62,000 nt of DNA from Hyalangium minutum (lineage in GTDB: Bacteria > Myxococcota > Myxococcia > Myxococcales > Myxococcaceae), in contig NZ_JMCB01000001.1 in assembly GCF_000737315.1 (NCBI RefSeq), positions 206,001-268,000 of the forward strand, read 5' to 3'. Positions 1-9,665 of the stretch are shown here, piece by piece. Position 1 is the first letter of the stretch. Every line of letters begins with the position of its first letter. The notes under the pieces are model-generated. The model ran no database searches. It saw only the letters and a list, made by a program, of their open reading frames with translations, and was not told where the DNA came from. A program made the position numbers and the translations under genes.

Positions 1-987
1 GTACACCTGCGCGAGGAAGAGCACAGTCACACCCTCGAAGAGCGCGGTGCCGTTCTGGTTCATGGCGGCGCCCGCGGTGAGAACGAAGCGGGACACGTGG
101 CGCGGCAGGCGCAGGTTCTCCTCGGCGACTTTGAGCGCGGTGGGCAGGGTGGCGCTGGACGAGGCGGTGGAGAAGGCGGTGGCCATGGCGAGGCGGATGT
201 CGCGGAAGAAGCTCACCGGGCTGCGGCCTCCGAGGAAGCGCACCGAGAGCGAGTACACCCCAAACATGTGCAGCCCGAGCGCCAGCAGCACCACCGCCAC
301 GTACGAGAGAATCTGCTGCAGCACTTCCACGCCCAACTGCGCCATCACGGAGAACAGCAGCGCGGCGACACCGTAGGGCGCCAGCTTCAGCACGCCGTCG
401 ATGAGCCGCATCATCACGTCATAGAGGCCCTGGATGGTCTCGCGCAGGCGGAGCGCGGCGGGCGTCTGCGTCAGGGCGAGCCCGGTGCCGAAAATGAGCG
501 AGAAGAGGATGAGGCCAATCATGTCCCCGTCCGCCGCAGTGCGGATGGGGTTGTCGGGCACCATGTTGACGATGAGCGCGGCGGGCGACGTGCTGCTGGG
601 CGCGGGCGCGGCCTTCATGGCGGCGGGGTTGTTCTTCGCGGCGGCACGGGCCTCTTCGCTGAAACCAGCCCCCGGCTGCAGCGTGTTGACCAGAAGCAGT
701 CCGAGAAGCACGGCCAGGGAGGAGAAAACCACGGTGTAGACGACGGTCTTCAGCCCGAGCCGGCCAATCTGCTTCAGGTCCAGCTCACACACGCCCATCA
801 CCAGGGCGGCAAAGAGCAGCGGCACCACCAGCATGAGCAGCAGTCGGATGAAGATCCTCCCCACGGGCTGGGTGAAGTTTGTCACCACGCTGGTGAGCCA
901 GGCAGAGTCCCCAGCGACCGCATGGGCCACGAGTCCGGCCACGGTGCCGAAGAGAATGTCCACGAGCATCTTCTGGTGTGCCTTCAT
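1..987 (-). CDS. Dicarboxylate/amino acid:cation symporter (DAACS family), 3' end runs off window
   Basis: Manual minus-strand translation from ATG at 987 (MKAHQKML...) is open to base 1; many hydrophobic helices and DAACS motifs FSTASSSATLP and MNQNGTALFE. Absent from the ORF track because it has no stop in the window. Confidence 0.9.
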   Translation of the reverse strand, partial: MKAHQKMLVDILFGTVAGLVAHAVAGDSAWLTSVVTNFTQPVGRIFIRLLLMLVVPLLFAALVMGVCELDLKQIGRLGLKTVVYTVVFSSLAVLLGLLLVNTLQPGAGFSEEARAAAKNNPAAMKAAPAPSSTSPAALIVNMVPDNPIRTAADGDMIGLILFSLIFGTGLALTQTPAALRLRETIQGLYDVMMRLIDGVLKLAPYGVAALLFSVMAQLGVEVLQQILSYVAVVLLALGLHMFGVYSLSVRFLGGRSPVSFFRDIRLAMATAFSTASSSATLPTALKVAEENLRLPRHVSRFVLTAGAAMNQNGTALFEGVTVLFLAQVY

Positions 988-1055
988 CCCGGCGCAGCCT
1001 AACGGTGAATGGGGGTGGCGCCTATCTTCCATTCAGCGGAAGCTTCCGGCCCACC

Positions 1056-1718
1056 GTGGAACCGTCCGTCCATTTCACCGAGCTGACCGAAGGCGCCTTG
1101 CCGGAGCCTCTCTTCCGCCGCCTGCTGCGGCGCATGAGCGCCCTGGGCACCGAGCGGCTGCGCACCACCTACCAGACGACCTTCTGGTACGGCTTCGGCG
1201 AGCCCACCAACGTGGTGGAGGAGGCCATCCTCTTCCTGCGGCCGCGCGTGGTGAAGAACCTGCGCATCATCGGCGCGGAGTGGTGGCTGAGCCGCATGTA
1301 CGCCACGGACGTGCGGGTGGACTTCCACCAGGACCGCGACGAGAAGCTCGCCCTGCGCACCGGGAAGCTGGTGCACCCGAGGCTGTCTTCCGTGTTCTTC
1401 CTGAACCGGGTGCGCGGAGGGGCGCTCGCCATCACCTCGCAGCTCCCGGATCCGTCCAACCCGTCGTTGGCCCCCCAAAAGTTGGATGACCTGACGCTGG
1501 TGGCCCCCCGCCCCAACCGCTTCGTGGTCTTCGACGGGAAGCTCACCCACGGAGTGCTCGACGTGAACAACCAGATCCCCGACCGGAAGCTCCCGGGGCG
1601 CACCCGGCTCCGGCGCACCATCGCGATCAACTGGTGGGCCACGCGCCCCTCGGACACCCCCACGTGGGAGGAGACTGGCATCTACCGGGCGCTCGGGCTC
1701 AGGAGCCGCTCTCGGTAG
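1056..1718 (+). CDS. Putative 2OG-Fe(II) oxygenase superfamily protein
   Basis: ORF 978..1718, likely GTG start at 1056; HxD (DFHQD), distal His (LTHGV) and Arg (RRTIAINWW) arranged as in double-stranded beta-helix oxygenases. Confidence 0.6.
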   Translation: MEPSVHFTELTEGALPEPLFRRLLRRMSALGTERLRTTYQTTFWYGFGEPTNVVEEAILFLRPRVVKNLRIIGAEWWLSRMYATDVRVDFHQDRDEKLALRTGKLVHPRLSSVFFLNRVRGGALAITSQLPDPSNPSLAPQKLDDLTLVAPRPNRFVVFDGKLTHGVLDVNNQIPDRKLPGRTRLRRTIAINWWATRPSDTPTWEETGIYRALGLRSRSR

Positions 1719-2479
1719 CTACGGGCGCGCGCCGTCTCTCGCAGCCGGCGCGTCACCCGCTCGGCCCACTCGGGCTCGATCTCGATGCATGCGGGCCTGC
1801 GCCCCAGCCGCAGCGCCGACGCCGGCGTCGAGCCGCTCCCCGCGAACGGATCCAGCACCGTCTCCCCAGGCCGGCTGTACGTCCTCACCAGCGGCTCCAG
1901 CACCGAGAACGGCTTGTGGTGCGGATGGTTGCCCCACCGCCCCGCCTCGCCGTCGTCGTCGTAGCCGCTCACCACGGCCCACGCCACTGGCGGATCCCCC
2001 AGGCCTGGCACCGGCGCCAGCGTCCGAGCGAACACCAGCGCCACCTCGTACACCCGCAGCAGTTGCTCGTTGGCGTTCTTGTCCGTGGTGCGCTTGCCCC
2101 AGACGTACTCGCCGCGCAGGTGCGTGTAGCCGAGTTCCCGCGCCACCGTGGTGATGGGCTCCTTGCCCAGCAGGTTCGTCCAGATGACCAGCGGCGCGTC
2201 CGGCGTGAGCCACGCGACAGCCTGCGTCATCCACTTCTCCGTGAAGACACGGTAGTCCCGCACGGTCTCGAAGCGGACGATGGGGTTGCGATCAATCTTC
2301 TTGTGGGCGCGAGGGTCTCGCTCGTCCCCACCCTTCCTGCGCCGCGTCAGCAGGCAGTACGGCGGATCCGTGAGAAGCAGGCTGGCGCGGTTCTCCCCCA
2401 GCGCCGCCCGGTAGCCGTCCACCTCCCGCGCATCGGCGCGGTGGCAGCGCAAGGACTCGGCTGGCAGATCGGTACTCAT
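1682..2479 (-). CDS. DNA N6-adenine/N4-cytosine methyltransferase, beta class, orphan
   Basis: Motif IV LLLTDPPY near N-terminus, HPHHKP, and motif I VLDPFAGSGST near C-terminus; no restriction endonuclease adjacent. Confidence 0.85.
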   Translation of the reverse strand: MSTDLPAESLRCHRADAREVDGYRAALGENRASLLLTDPPYCLLTRRRKGGDERDPRAHKKIDRNPIVRFETVRDYRVFTEKWMTQAVAWLTPDAPLVIWTNLLGKEPITTVARELGYTHLRGEYVWGKRTTDKNANEQLLRVYEVALVFARTLAPVPGLGDPPVAWAVVSGYDDDGEAGRWGNHPHHKPFSVLEPLVRTYSRPGETVLDPFAGSGSTPASALRLGRRPACIEIEPEWAERVTRRLRETARARSYRERLLSPSAR

Positions 2480-2530
2480 CCAGCGCCACCCTACACCCGG
2501 CCGCGCCGGGCTCAAGCGGTTGCGCTGGAC

Positions 2531-2770
2531 TCAAGACACCGCGCCCACCTCCGAACGTGAGACGGCGGCAATCTCCCGGACGGGCACGCGAGGGTGCGTG
2601 CGGAAAATCGCGAAGTCGGTCCCCGCCTCCGTCACCACATCCATCATCTGATCGATGAACAGCTCGCCAGCCCGGAGCTGCACGGCCACGGGACGCCGCC
2701 TCAGCACCGTCTCCTCGAGCACATCAATGAAGTCACACTGCCCTACATCATCCTGGCAGATACGGCTCAT
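2531..2770 (-). CDS. Small protein resembling Rof/YaeO (Rho-binding antiterminator fold)
   Basis: 79 aa from ATG 2770; pattern CDFIDVLE...LRAGE...DVVT...SRSEVGAV aligns by eye with enterobacterial Rof as recalled (CDDYDNLE...LKDGE...DLVS...SHPEIGTV). Confidence 0.5.
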   Translation of the reverse strand: MSRICQDDVGQCDFIDVLEETVLRRRPVAVQLRAGELFIDQMMDVVTEAGTDFAIFRTHPRVPVREIAAVSRSEVGAVS

Positions 2771-2987
2771 GAAACACCTGATCCGGACAGCGCCGGCTTC
2801 GAGGCGCGGTGACACGCCTCCCCCTGTCACTTCACCCTGGCCGTAACGAGCCCAGGACTTGGACGCAACTCCAAGCCCCGAAGCTACCGATCTCCAGACC
2901 TTCCGTGAAGAACTTGGGACTCCGGGTCCCTGCAGGTGTCTGCCCGGCGTCCAGGGTTGGACACCTGGGCAGGAAAATTTCCTGAGA

Positions 2988-3836
2988 TCAGCGATCGCCG
3001 GCGGCGTAGTCCTTCGCGTAGTCCTTGAAGGTGCGGGGCGGGCGGCCGAGCACGTCCTTCACGCCGCTGGCCGTCGCGGCGGACCAGCCGTTTTTGATCA
3101 GCGCGTTGAGCTCCATCAGGCCGTCCACCACCCACGCGGGCATCTGCATGTCCAGCATGGACTTGCGAGCGCCCTCCTCGGGCACGTCCACGTAGGAGTA
3201 ATTGCGGCCCAGCGCCTGGCCGAGGATGGCCAACGCCTCGGCGTCACTGAGCGCCTCGGGCCCGGTGAGCTCGTACGCCTTGTTCTCGTGCCCCGGACTC
3301 GTGAGGACCGTTGCGGCCACCTCGCCAATGTCCCGCCCGTCCACCCACGCTGCCTTGCCCTGGCCATGCGGCGCGTAGACGGTGCTGTCCTTCTTCGGAT
3401 CCGCGCCATAGAAGTTGAAGAAGTTCTCCATGAAGAAGGTGGGCCGCAGCATCGTCCACGCGATGCCGCTGTCCTTGATGGCCTTCTCACTGGCCCGGTG
3501 CAACCGGCCCATGGCGATGCCCGGCTCGGCCTCCACGCCCATCACCGACAGCTTGACGATGTGCTTCACCCCCGCCTTCTTCGCCGCGTTCACCAGTGCC
3601 TGGGTGTACTCCACCTGCTTCTCGGACGTCGGCGTGAGCAGGAACAGCTTCTCCACGCCCTGCAGCGCCGGCCCGAAGGTCTCCGGCTTGTCCCAGTCGA
3701 ACGGGACCGCCTCCACGCCCTGCCCCTTGAGCTTGTCGGGCGAGCGGGTTCCCACCTTGAAGCGCACCCCCTTGGTCTTGAGCGCCTTCACCGTGGAAGA
3801 ACCAATCGTCCCCGTCGCACCTGTTACGAGAATCAT
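2988..3836 (-). CDS. NmrA-like / atypical SDR NAD(P)-dependent oxidoreductase
   Basis: Starts MILVTGATGTIG (Rossmann motif) after a GGAG RBS; LRPTFFMENF and YELTGPEALS are typical of the family. Confidence 0.9.
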   Translation of the reverse strand: MILVTGATGTIGSSTVKALKTKGVRFKVGTRSPDKLKGQGVEAVPFDWDKPETFGPALQGVEKLFLLTPTSEKQVEYTQALVNAAKKAGVKHIVKLSVMGVEAEPGIAMGRLHRASEKAIKDSGIAWTMLRPTFFMENFFNFYGADPKKDSTVYAPHGQGKAAWVDGRDIGEVAATVLTSPGHENKAYELTGPEALSDAEALAILGQALGRNYSYVDVPEEGARKSMLDMQMPAWVVDGLMELNALIKNGWSAATASGVKDVLGRPPRTFKDYAKDYAAGDR

Positions 3837-3896
3837 GTTCCCTCTCCGTCTTCGTTGATCAAACAGCGGGTGCACGATGCCACGAGCCCGAGGAGA

Positions 3897-4631
3897 TCAG
3901 CCAGATCCCCTGCCCTCCGGCGGGCCGCCCCCGAGTGCCACGCCGCGCTGCAGCCGCTCCTGGCCGAAGGGACACAGGTCCAGCACGGGGCAGCGTCCGC
4001 ACGCGGGCGACTGGTGGTAGCAGCAGCGCTGGCCATGCAGCATCAGCGCCTCGTGGTGGTCGTAGACCTGCTGCGCGTCCCATCTCTGAGGGAGAAGCGC
4101 GGCCAAGATCGCGTGCGAGGGCCCCACGGGGATGCGGGCCGAGAGCAGCCCCAGCCGGACGGCGACGCGGTAGTGGTGGCTGTCCACGGGCAGCGCGGGC
4201 ATGCGCAGGCGGCTGAAGAGGAGCACGGCGGCGCTCGTCTTCGGCCCCACGCCGGGCAGCGCCTCCAGCCAAGCGCGCGCCTGGGGCACCTCCATCCCCT
4301 CGAGGAAGTCGAGCGTCAGCGCCCCGCCTTGGCGCGTGGTGATCTCGCGGAGGACGGCCTGGAGACGCGGCGCCTTCTGCTCGGGCCAGGTGACGCTGGC
4401 GATGGCGTCCTGCACCTCCTGCAGCGGCGCGTCCCGGACGGCCTCCCAGGTGGAGAACCGGCTCCGGAGCTGCCGGAACGCCCGGCCCGAGTCCGCGTTG
4501 CGCGTGCGGTGGGACAGCAGCGCGGAGACCAGCTCGCTCAGCGGATCCAGGTCGTGGAAGAAGGGAATCGGACAGCCATACGCGGCGCACAGGCGCTCGT
4601 GCACCCGCATCACCTTCTCGGACAACTCCAT
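3897..4631 (-). CDS. nth: Endonuclease III family (HhH-GPD) DNA glycosylase with [4Fe-4S] motif
   Basis: LLSHRT, HhH motif LPGVGPKTS, PVDSHH, C-terminal C-x6-C-x2-C-x5-C cluster. Confidence 0.85.
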   Translation of the reverse strand: MELSEKVMRVHERLCAAYGCPIPFFHDLDPLSELVSALLSHRTRNADSGRAFRQLRSRFSTWEAVRDAPLQEVQDAIASVTWPEQKAPRLQAVLREITTRQGGALTLDFLEGMEVPQARAWLEALPGVGPKTSAAVLLFSRLRMPALPVDSHHYRVAVRLGLLSARIPVGPSHAILAALLPQRWDAQQVYDHHEALMLHGQRCCYHQSPACGRCPVLDLCPFGQERLQRGVALGGGPPEGRGSG

Positions 4632-4818
4632 GCCCGTCAGACCTCCTGGCCTCATGGGTTGTGAGGCTCTCATGTGACCTGACAGGTTAGCTCCGGCGCT
4701 GGCGCCCTACCGGGTTTCGAGGGGGCTCATGACGCGGGGCGTTCACTGAGCAACGGGGGTTCTTCCATGGACGGAGCGACCCAGCCCGGCATAGCGTCTC
4801 GCCACCCCGAGCGCACGA

Positions 4819-6234
4819 GTGTCCATGAGCTGGAATCCCCTTCGCGCCCTGCTGGCCTGCCTCCTCCTCGCCGCCCCCGCCGTCCAAGCCGAGGAGCCCG
4901 CCGCGCCTTCGAGCCCCGCACCCGCGCCGGAGGTGCCTCCCAACCAGTCCCCACTCCCCGCCGAGTCCGCACCGCCTCCCGAGGCGCCTCCTCCCTCGGA
5001 GGCATCTGACACGCCCGCCAGGCGCAAGGGCTGGGACATCCAGGGCGTGCCCGCCATCAACTTCAACACCGACGAGGGCTTCGGATACGGCGCGGTCCTG
5101 CTGCTGGTGGACCGGGCGGATGGCTCCTACGAGCCGTTCCGCTACTCGGTGATGTTGCAATTCTTCCAGACCACGCGGCAGGTGGCCTCGCACTTCATCA
5201 ACCTGGATGCGCCGCGGTTCCTCGGCTCGCCGTGGCGCATGGGCCTGGAGCTCGCGTATGCACGGACCAAGTTCGCCCCGTATTACGGCCTGGGCAACAC
5301 CGCGGACTACGACAAGGAACTCTCGAGCTGCGGTGATCGGGACGCACTGAAGGACAACCCGGATGTCTGCCCGGACAACACCGCGTTCCGGGGGCTGCGC
5401 TATTACACGTACGATCACCGGAGCCTGCCGCGCATCCGCCTCAACGCGCGTCGCGGGCTCTCCGACGAGTGGCTCCTCTTCCTGGGCTACCGCCTGCGCG
5501 TGGACCGGATCCGGATGCGCTACTCGGCGGATGACTTGGGCCAGACGGGCGACTCCAAGCTCTTCGAGGACACCTCCGCCGGTCTGCTCGAGCCCTATGC
5601 GGGCCCGGTCTCCGAGCCCCTCTCGGAGCGCACCTCCGAGATGCTCGTGGGCATCCAGTACGACACCCGCGACATCGAGTCCTCCCCCACTCGGGGCATG
5701 TTCCACGAGCTGTCCGTGCGCGGCGGCGCCAGCCCCCTGGGTAGCCAGCTCAACTACTGGGGCGCCACGCTCCACACGCGCTTCTTTCACCCCGTCATCC
5801 CCGGCTACTCGCGGCTCATCATGGGGTGGCGCGGCCTGCTCGATGTGATGGGCGGAGACGTCCCCATCTCCCTGCTCCCGTTCTACGGCGGGCTCGAGGG
5901 CAAGGACGGCCTGGGCGGCGTCTTCTCCGCGCGCGGCATCCTCCTGCGCCGCTACCAGGGGCCCGTGAAGCTGCTGCTCAACGGCGAGCTTCGGTGGACC
6001 CCGCTCTCCGCGCAGCCGCTGGGCCAGCAGTTCGACTTCACCTTCGCGGGGTTCCTGGACGCCGGGCGCGTCTGGAGCGACCTGCACTTCAGCGAGGGCG
6101 GGGGCTTGAAGACGTCCGCGGGCGGCGGGCTGCGCGTCATCTGGAACCGCGAGTTCGTCATCCGCCTGGACTACGGCGTCGGCATCACCGAGCCCACCAC
6201 CGGCTTCTACCTGGACATCGGCCACATCTTCTGA
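4819..6234 (+). CDS. Omp85/BamA-TamA family outer-membrane beta-barrel protein without obvious POTRA domains
   Basis: Signal peptide, Pro-rich linker, PAINFNTDEGFGYG start of barrel, RGILLRRYQG lid-loop-like motif, FLDAGRVW, terminal aromatic residue (GHIF). Confidence 0.8.
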   Translation: MSMSWNPLRALLACLLLAAPAVQAEEPAAPSSPAPAPEVPPNQSPLPAESAPPPEAPPPSEASDTPARRKGWDIQGVPAINFNTDEGFGYGAVLLLVDRADGSYEPFRYSVMLQFFQTTRQVASHFINLDAPRFLGSPWRMGLELAYARTKFAPYYGLGNTADYDKELSSCGDRDALKDNPDVCPDNTAFRGLRYYTYDHRSLPRIRLNARRGLSDEWLLFLGYRLRVDRIRMRYSADDLGQTGDSKLFEDTSAGLLEPYAGPVSEPLSERTSEMLVGIQYDTRDIESSPTRGMFHELSVRGGASPLGSQLNYWGATLHTRFFHPVIPGYSRLIMGWRGLLDVMGGDVPISLLPFYGGLEGKDGLGGVFSARGILLRRYQGPVKLLLNGELRWTPLSAQPLGQQFDFTFAGFLDAGRVWSDLHFSEGGGLKTSAGGGLRVIWNREFVIRLDYGVGITEPTTGFYLDIGHIF

Positions 6235-6327
6235 CGCGGCGCACTCGGGCCAGACGCCCTCGACAAGCTCGCGGCTCCTCTGCGATGACGGAGCCGCGCC
6301 GGACCGCCTCCCCGGCCTGGAGAGCTC

Positions 6328-8433
6328 ATGTCACCTAGGACTTCTCACCTCGCCTCGCCCTGCGCCCGAGCAGGCTTGCTGGCGCTCGCTTTGCTGCTCG
6401 GCAGCGCCTGCTCGGAGATGGATGCGGACACGGATCCGCTGGCGCGCATCACCCGCACGTTGGAAGCCTCGGGTGGAGCTGCCCCCCGCACGCTGGTGGC
6501 CAACGTGTACTACCGGGATCGCGCGGACCTCAACGCCCTGGCCACCGACTACGACGCGCTGGAGAAGGTGGATCGGCAAGCGGGCTTCGTGGTGCTCGCG
6601 CTCACGCCAGAGGATGCCCAAGCGCTGAGGGAGCGCGGCTACCGGGTGGAGCTGGACGAGAAGTCCACGCTGTCCGCCAACACGCCTCGTATCCCGGACG
6701 CGGCGCATCCCACGGGGATCACCTCCTTCACCTGCTACCGCACCATCGAGGAGAGCTATGCCTCCCTGGCCCAGCTCGCCGCAGCCCAGCCGAACATCGC
6801 CTCGTGGGTCGACATCGGGAACACCTGGGACAAGATCACGCGGCTCGGGCCTCCGGGGTACGACTTGTTCGCGCTGGTGTTGACCAACAAGGCACGGCCC
6901 GGGCCCAAGCCTCGCTTCTTCCTCATGGCCGCCATCCACGCGCGCGAGTACACCACCGCGGAGACGGCCACCCGCTTCGGCGAGTACCTCATCAACAACT
7001 ACGGCATCGATCCGGACGTCACCTGGATGCTGGACTACGGCGAGGTGCACATCGTCGTTCAGTCCAACCCCGACGGGCGCAAGGTCGCCGAGCAGGGCTA
7101 CACCCAGCGCAAGAACCGCAACACCACCAGCGGCAGTCAGACCTGCACCAACCCGCCCACGAACAGCAGCCAGTACGGCATTGACCTCAACCGCAACAGC
7201 ACCTTCGGGTGGGGTGGACCGGGCGCGAGCACGAGCCCCTGCAGCCTGACCTACCGGGGCCCGAGCGCGGCCAGCGAGCCGGAGACGCTCGCGCTCGAGA
7301 ACTACATCCGCTCGCTCTACCCGGACCGGCGGGGCCCCGGACGCGGAGACGCGGCGCCAGCGGACACGGAGGGCGTGATGATCTCCCTGCACAGCTACTC
7401 GGAGCTGGTGCTGTTCCCCTGGGGTGACAGCGAGTCCACCGTGCCGAACCTGGCCGGGCTGCGGGCGCTGGGCAAGCGCATGAGCTTCTACAACAACTAC
7501 GAGGCGTGCCAGACAGCCGTCTGCCTCTACGAGGCCGCGGGCGCCACGGATGACTTCACCTACGGCGAGCTGGGCGTGGCCTCGTACACCATCGAGATGG
7601 GCAACGACTTCTTCGAGAGCTGCAGCGCCTTCGAGGCAGACGTGTACCCGCGCAATTTCCCGGCGCTGCTCTACGCCTTCAAGGTGGTGCGCCGTCCGTA
7701 CCAGCTCGCGCAGGGCCCGGACTCGCGCTCGCTCACGCTGACGCCCGCCACCGTCGACCAGGGCCTGCCGGCCACCCTGCGCGCCACGGCGGATGACACC
7801 CGCTTCGGAAGCATTGGCGGCGCCGAGCAGACCCAGCCCATCATCGCCGCGCGTTACTCGGTGGATGCGCCCTCTTGGGTGCCGAACACGCCGGTCTACC
7901 CGCTGTCCGCGAGCGACGGTGCCTTCAACTCGACCCAGGAGCAGCTCACGGCCACGGTGAACACGTCCGGGCTGTCGTTCGGCCGCCACACCCTCTTCGT
8001 GGAGAGCCAGGACAGCTCGGGCGCCTGGGGGCCTCCCTCCGCCCTCTTCTTCACCGTCCATCAGCCTTTGCGCGCGGTCGGCGTGACGCCGGGCGCCTCG
8101 GGGACACAGGGAACGCGCGGGCAGCTCATCACCTACACACTGGACATCACCAACCAGGGCAGCCTTTCGGACTCGTTCCGGGTGGCGGTGACCTCGAGCT
8201 GGCCTGTCAGGACCTTGAGCTCGGTGGGGCCGCTGGGCGTGGGAGAGAGCTCCTCCGTGCAGGTAACGATCCTCGTGCCCCCAAACGCGCCGATGTGGAG
8301 CACGGACACCGCCCAGGTGCGCATCACCTCCATGGGAGATCCGCAGAAGGCGGCCACGGCCTCAATCGTCACCATGGCCACGAGCCCTGACCTGCCGCCG
8401 ACCTCCGTCACCGACGAGGACTCCACCTGGTGA
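6328..8433 (+). CDS. M14 zinc carboxypeptidase lipoprotein with C-terminal beta-sandwich domains
   Basis: Lipobox LLGSAC; IHARE, RKNRN, GIDLNRN, SLHSYS, YTIE motifs of M14 peptidases. Confidence 0.9.
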   Translation: MSPRTSHLASPCARAGLLALALLLGSACSEMDADTDPLARITRTLEASGGAAPRTLVANVYYRDRADLNALATDYDALEKVDRQAGFVVLALTPEDAQALRERGYRVELDEKSTLSANTPRIPDAAHPTGITSFTCYRTIEESYASLAQLAAAQPNIASWVDIGNTWDKITRLGPPGYDLFALVLTNKARPGPKPRFFLMAAIHAREYTTAETATRFGEYLINNYGIDPDVTWMLDYGEVHIVVQSNPDGRKVAEQGYTQRKNRNTTSGSQTCTNPPTNSSQYGIDLNRNSTFGWGGPGASTSPCSLTYRGPSAASEPETLALENYIRSLYPDRRGPGRGDAAPADTEGVMISLHSYSELVLFPWGDSESTVPNLAGLRALGKRMSFYNNYEACQTAVCLYEAAGATDDFTYGELGVASYTIEMGNDFFESCSAFEADVYPRNFPALLYAFKVVRRPYQLAQGPDSRSLTLTPATVDQGLPATLRATADDTRFGSIGGAEQTQPIIAARYSVDAPSWVPNTPVYPLSASDGAFNSTQEQLTATVNTSGLSFGRHTLFVESQDSSGAWGPPSALFFTVHQPLRAVGVTPGASGTQGTRGQLITYTLDITNQGSLSDSFRVAVTSSWPVRTLSSVGPLGVGESSSVQVTILVPPNAPMWSTDTAQVRITSMGDPQKAATASIVTMATSPDLPPTSVTDEDSTW

Positions 8434-8441
8434 GGCGCTCC

Positions 8442-9665
8442 ATGACACGGCTGTTCACCGCGCTCCTGGCCACCACCGCGCTCCTGGCCACAGGCTGCAA
8501 GAAGGAAGAGGCCCCCCGCGCGGATGCGGACTTCTACAAGAAGACCCAGGAGCAGCTGATCCGCGCCAAGCCGGGCACGGTCATCGAGCTGCCCGAAGGC
8601 CGTTTCCAGCTCGACCGGAGCCTGTCCTCCACCGTGGATGGCATCACCCTCCGCGGCAAGGGCATGGACAAGACGATCCTCTCCTTCAAGGGCCAGACCC
8701 AGGGAGCCGAGGGGCTGCTGGTCAAGGGCAACAACATCACCATCGAGGATCTGGCCATCGAGGACACGAAGGGCGACGCGCTCAAGGTCAACGGCTCGGA
8801 CGGGCTGGTGATCCGGCGCGTGCGGACCGAGTGGACGGGCGGTCCCAAGGCCACCAATGGCGCCTATGGGCTCTACCCTGTGCAGTGCCGGAACGTGCTG
8901 ATCGAGGACTCGGTGGCCATTGGGGCCTCGGACGCGGGCATCTACGTGGGCCAGTCCGAGCACGTCATCATCCGTCGCAACAAGGCGATGCGGAACGTGG
9001 CCGGCATCGAGAGTGAGAACACGAAGTTCGCGGACATCTACGAGAACACCGCGACGGAGAACACAGGTGGCATCCTGGTGTTCGACTTGCCGGATCTGCC
9101 CAAGCGCGGCGGCCAGGCCACGCGCGTCTTCAACAACGACATCTTCGCCAACACCACGGACAACTTCGCCCCCGAGGGGAACATCGTCGCCAAGGTGCCT
9201 CGGGGCACGGGCGTGATGATCATGGCCACCGACCAGGTGGAGGTGTTCCAGAACCGGATCCGCGACAACCCGACGGTGAACATGCTCATCGTCAGCTACT
9301 TCGTGGCGCAGAAACCCATCAAGGACAAGGGCTACGATCCCTACCCCGAGGCCCTCTCCATCCACGACAACACGTTCTCCGGCGGGGGAGAGTCGCCGGA
9401 CGGCGTGTTCTTGAAGCTGCTGGCGCTCAAGCTGGGCAAGCCGTTCCCGGACATCCTCTATGACGGGATTGTCGACGAGAAGAAGCGGACCCCGGCGGGC
9501 ACGCTGCCGGATGAGCTGCGCATCTGCCTCCGGAACAACGGCGATGCGGACTTCGCCAACGCCGATGTGGAGCACGACTTCGCGAACATCCGCAAGGAAC
9601 TGGCCCCTCATGACTGCCAGCACCCGAGCTACGCGCCGGTCCAGCTGACGGGAGTCATGCAGTGA
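8442..9665 (+). CDS. Parallel beta-helix repeat lipoprotein (TIGR03805-like)
   Basis: Lipobox LLATGC; NGAYGLYPVQC, GASDAGIYVGQS, NVAGIESEN, NTGGILVFDLP; ATG 8442 follows a GAGG RBS. Confidence 0.8.
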   Translation: MTRLFTALLATTALLATGCKKEEAPRADADFYKKTQEQLIRAKPGTVIELPEGRFQLDRSLSSTVDGITLRGKGMDKTILSFKGQTQGAEGLLVKGNNITIEDLAIEDTKGDALKVNGSDGLVIRRVRTEWTGGPKATNGAYGLYPVQCRNVLIEDSVAIGASDAGIYVGQSEHVIIRRNKAMRNVAGIESENTKFADIYENTATENTGGILVFDLPDLPKRGGQATRVFNNDIFANTTDNFAPEGNIVAKVPRGTGVMIMATDQVEVFQNRIRDNPTVNMLIVSYFVAQKPIKDKGYDPYPEALSIHDNTFSGGGESPDGVFLKLLALKLGKPFPDILYDGIVDEKKRTPAGTLPDELRICLRNNGDADFANADVEHDFANIRKELAPHDCQHPSYAPVQLTGVMQ

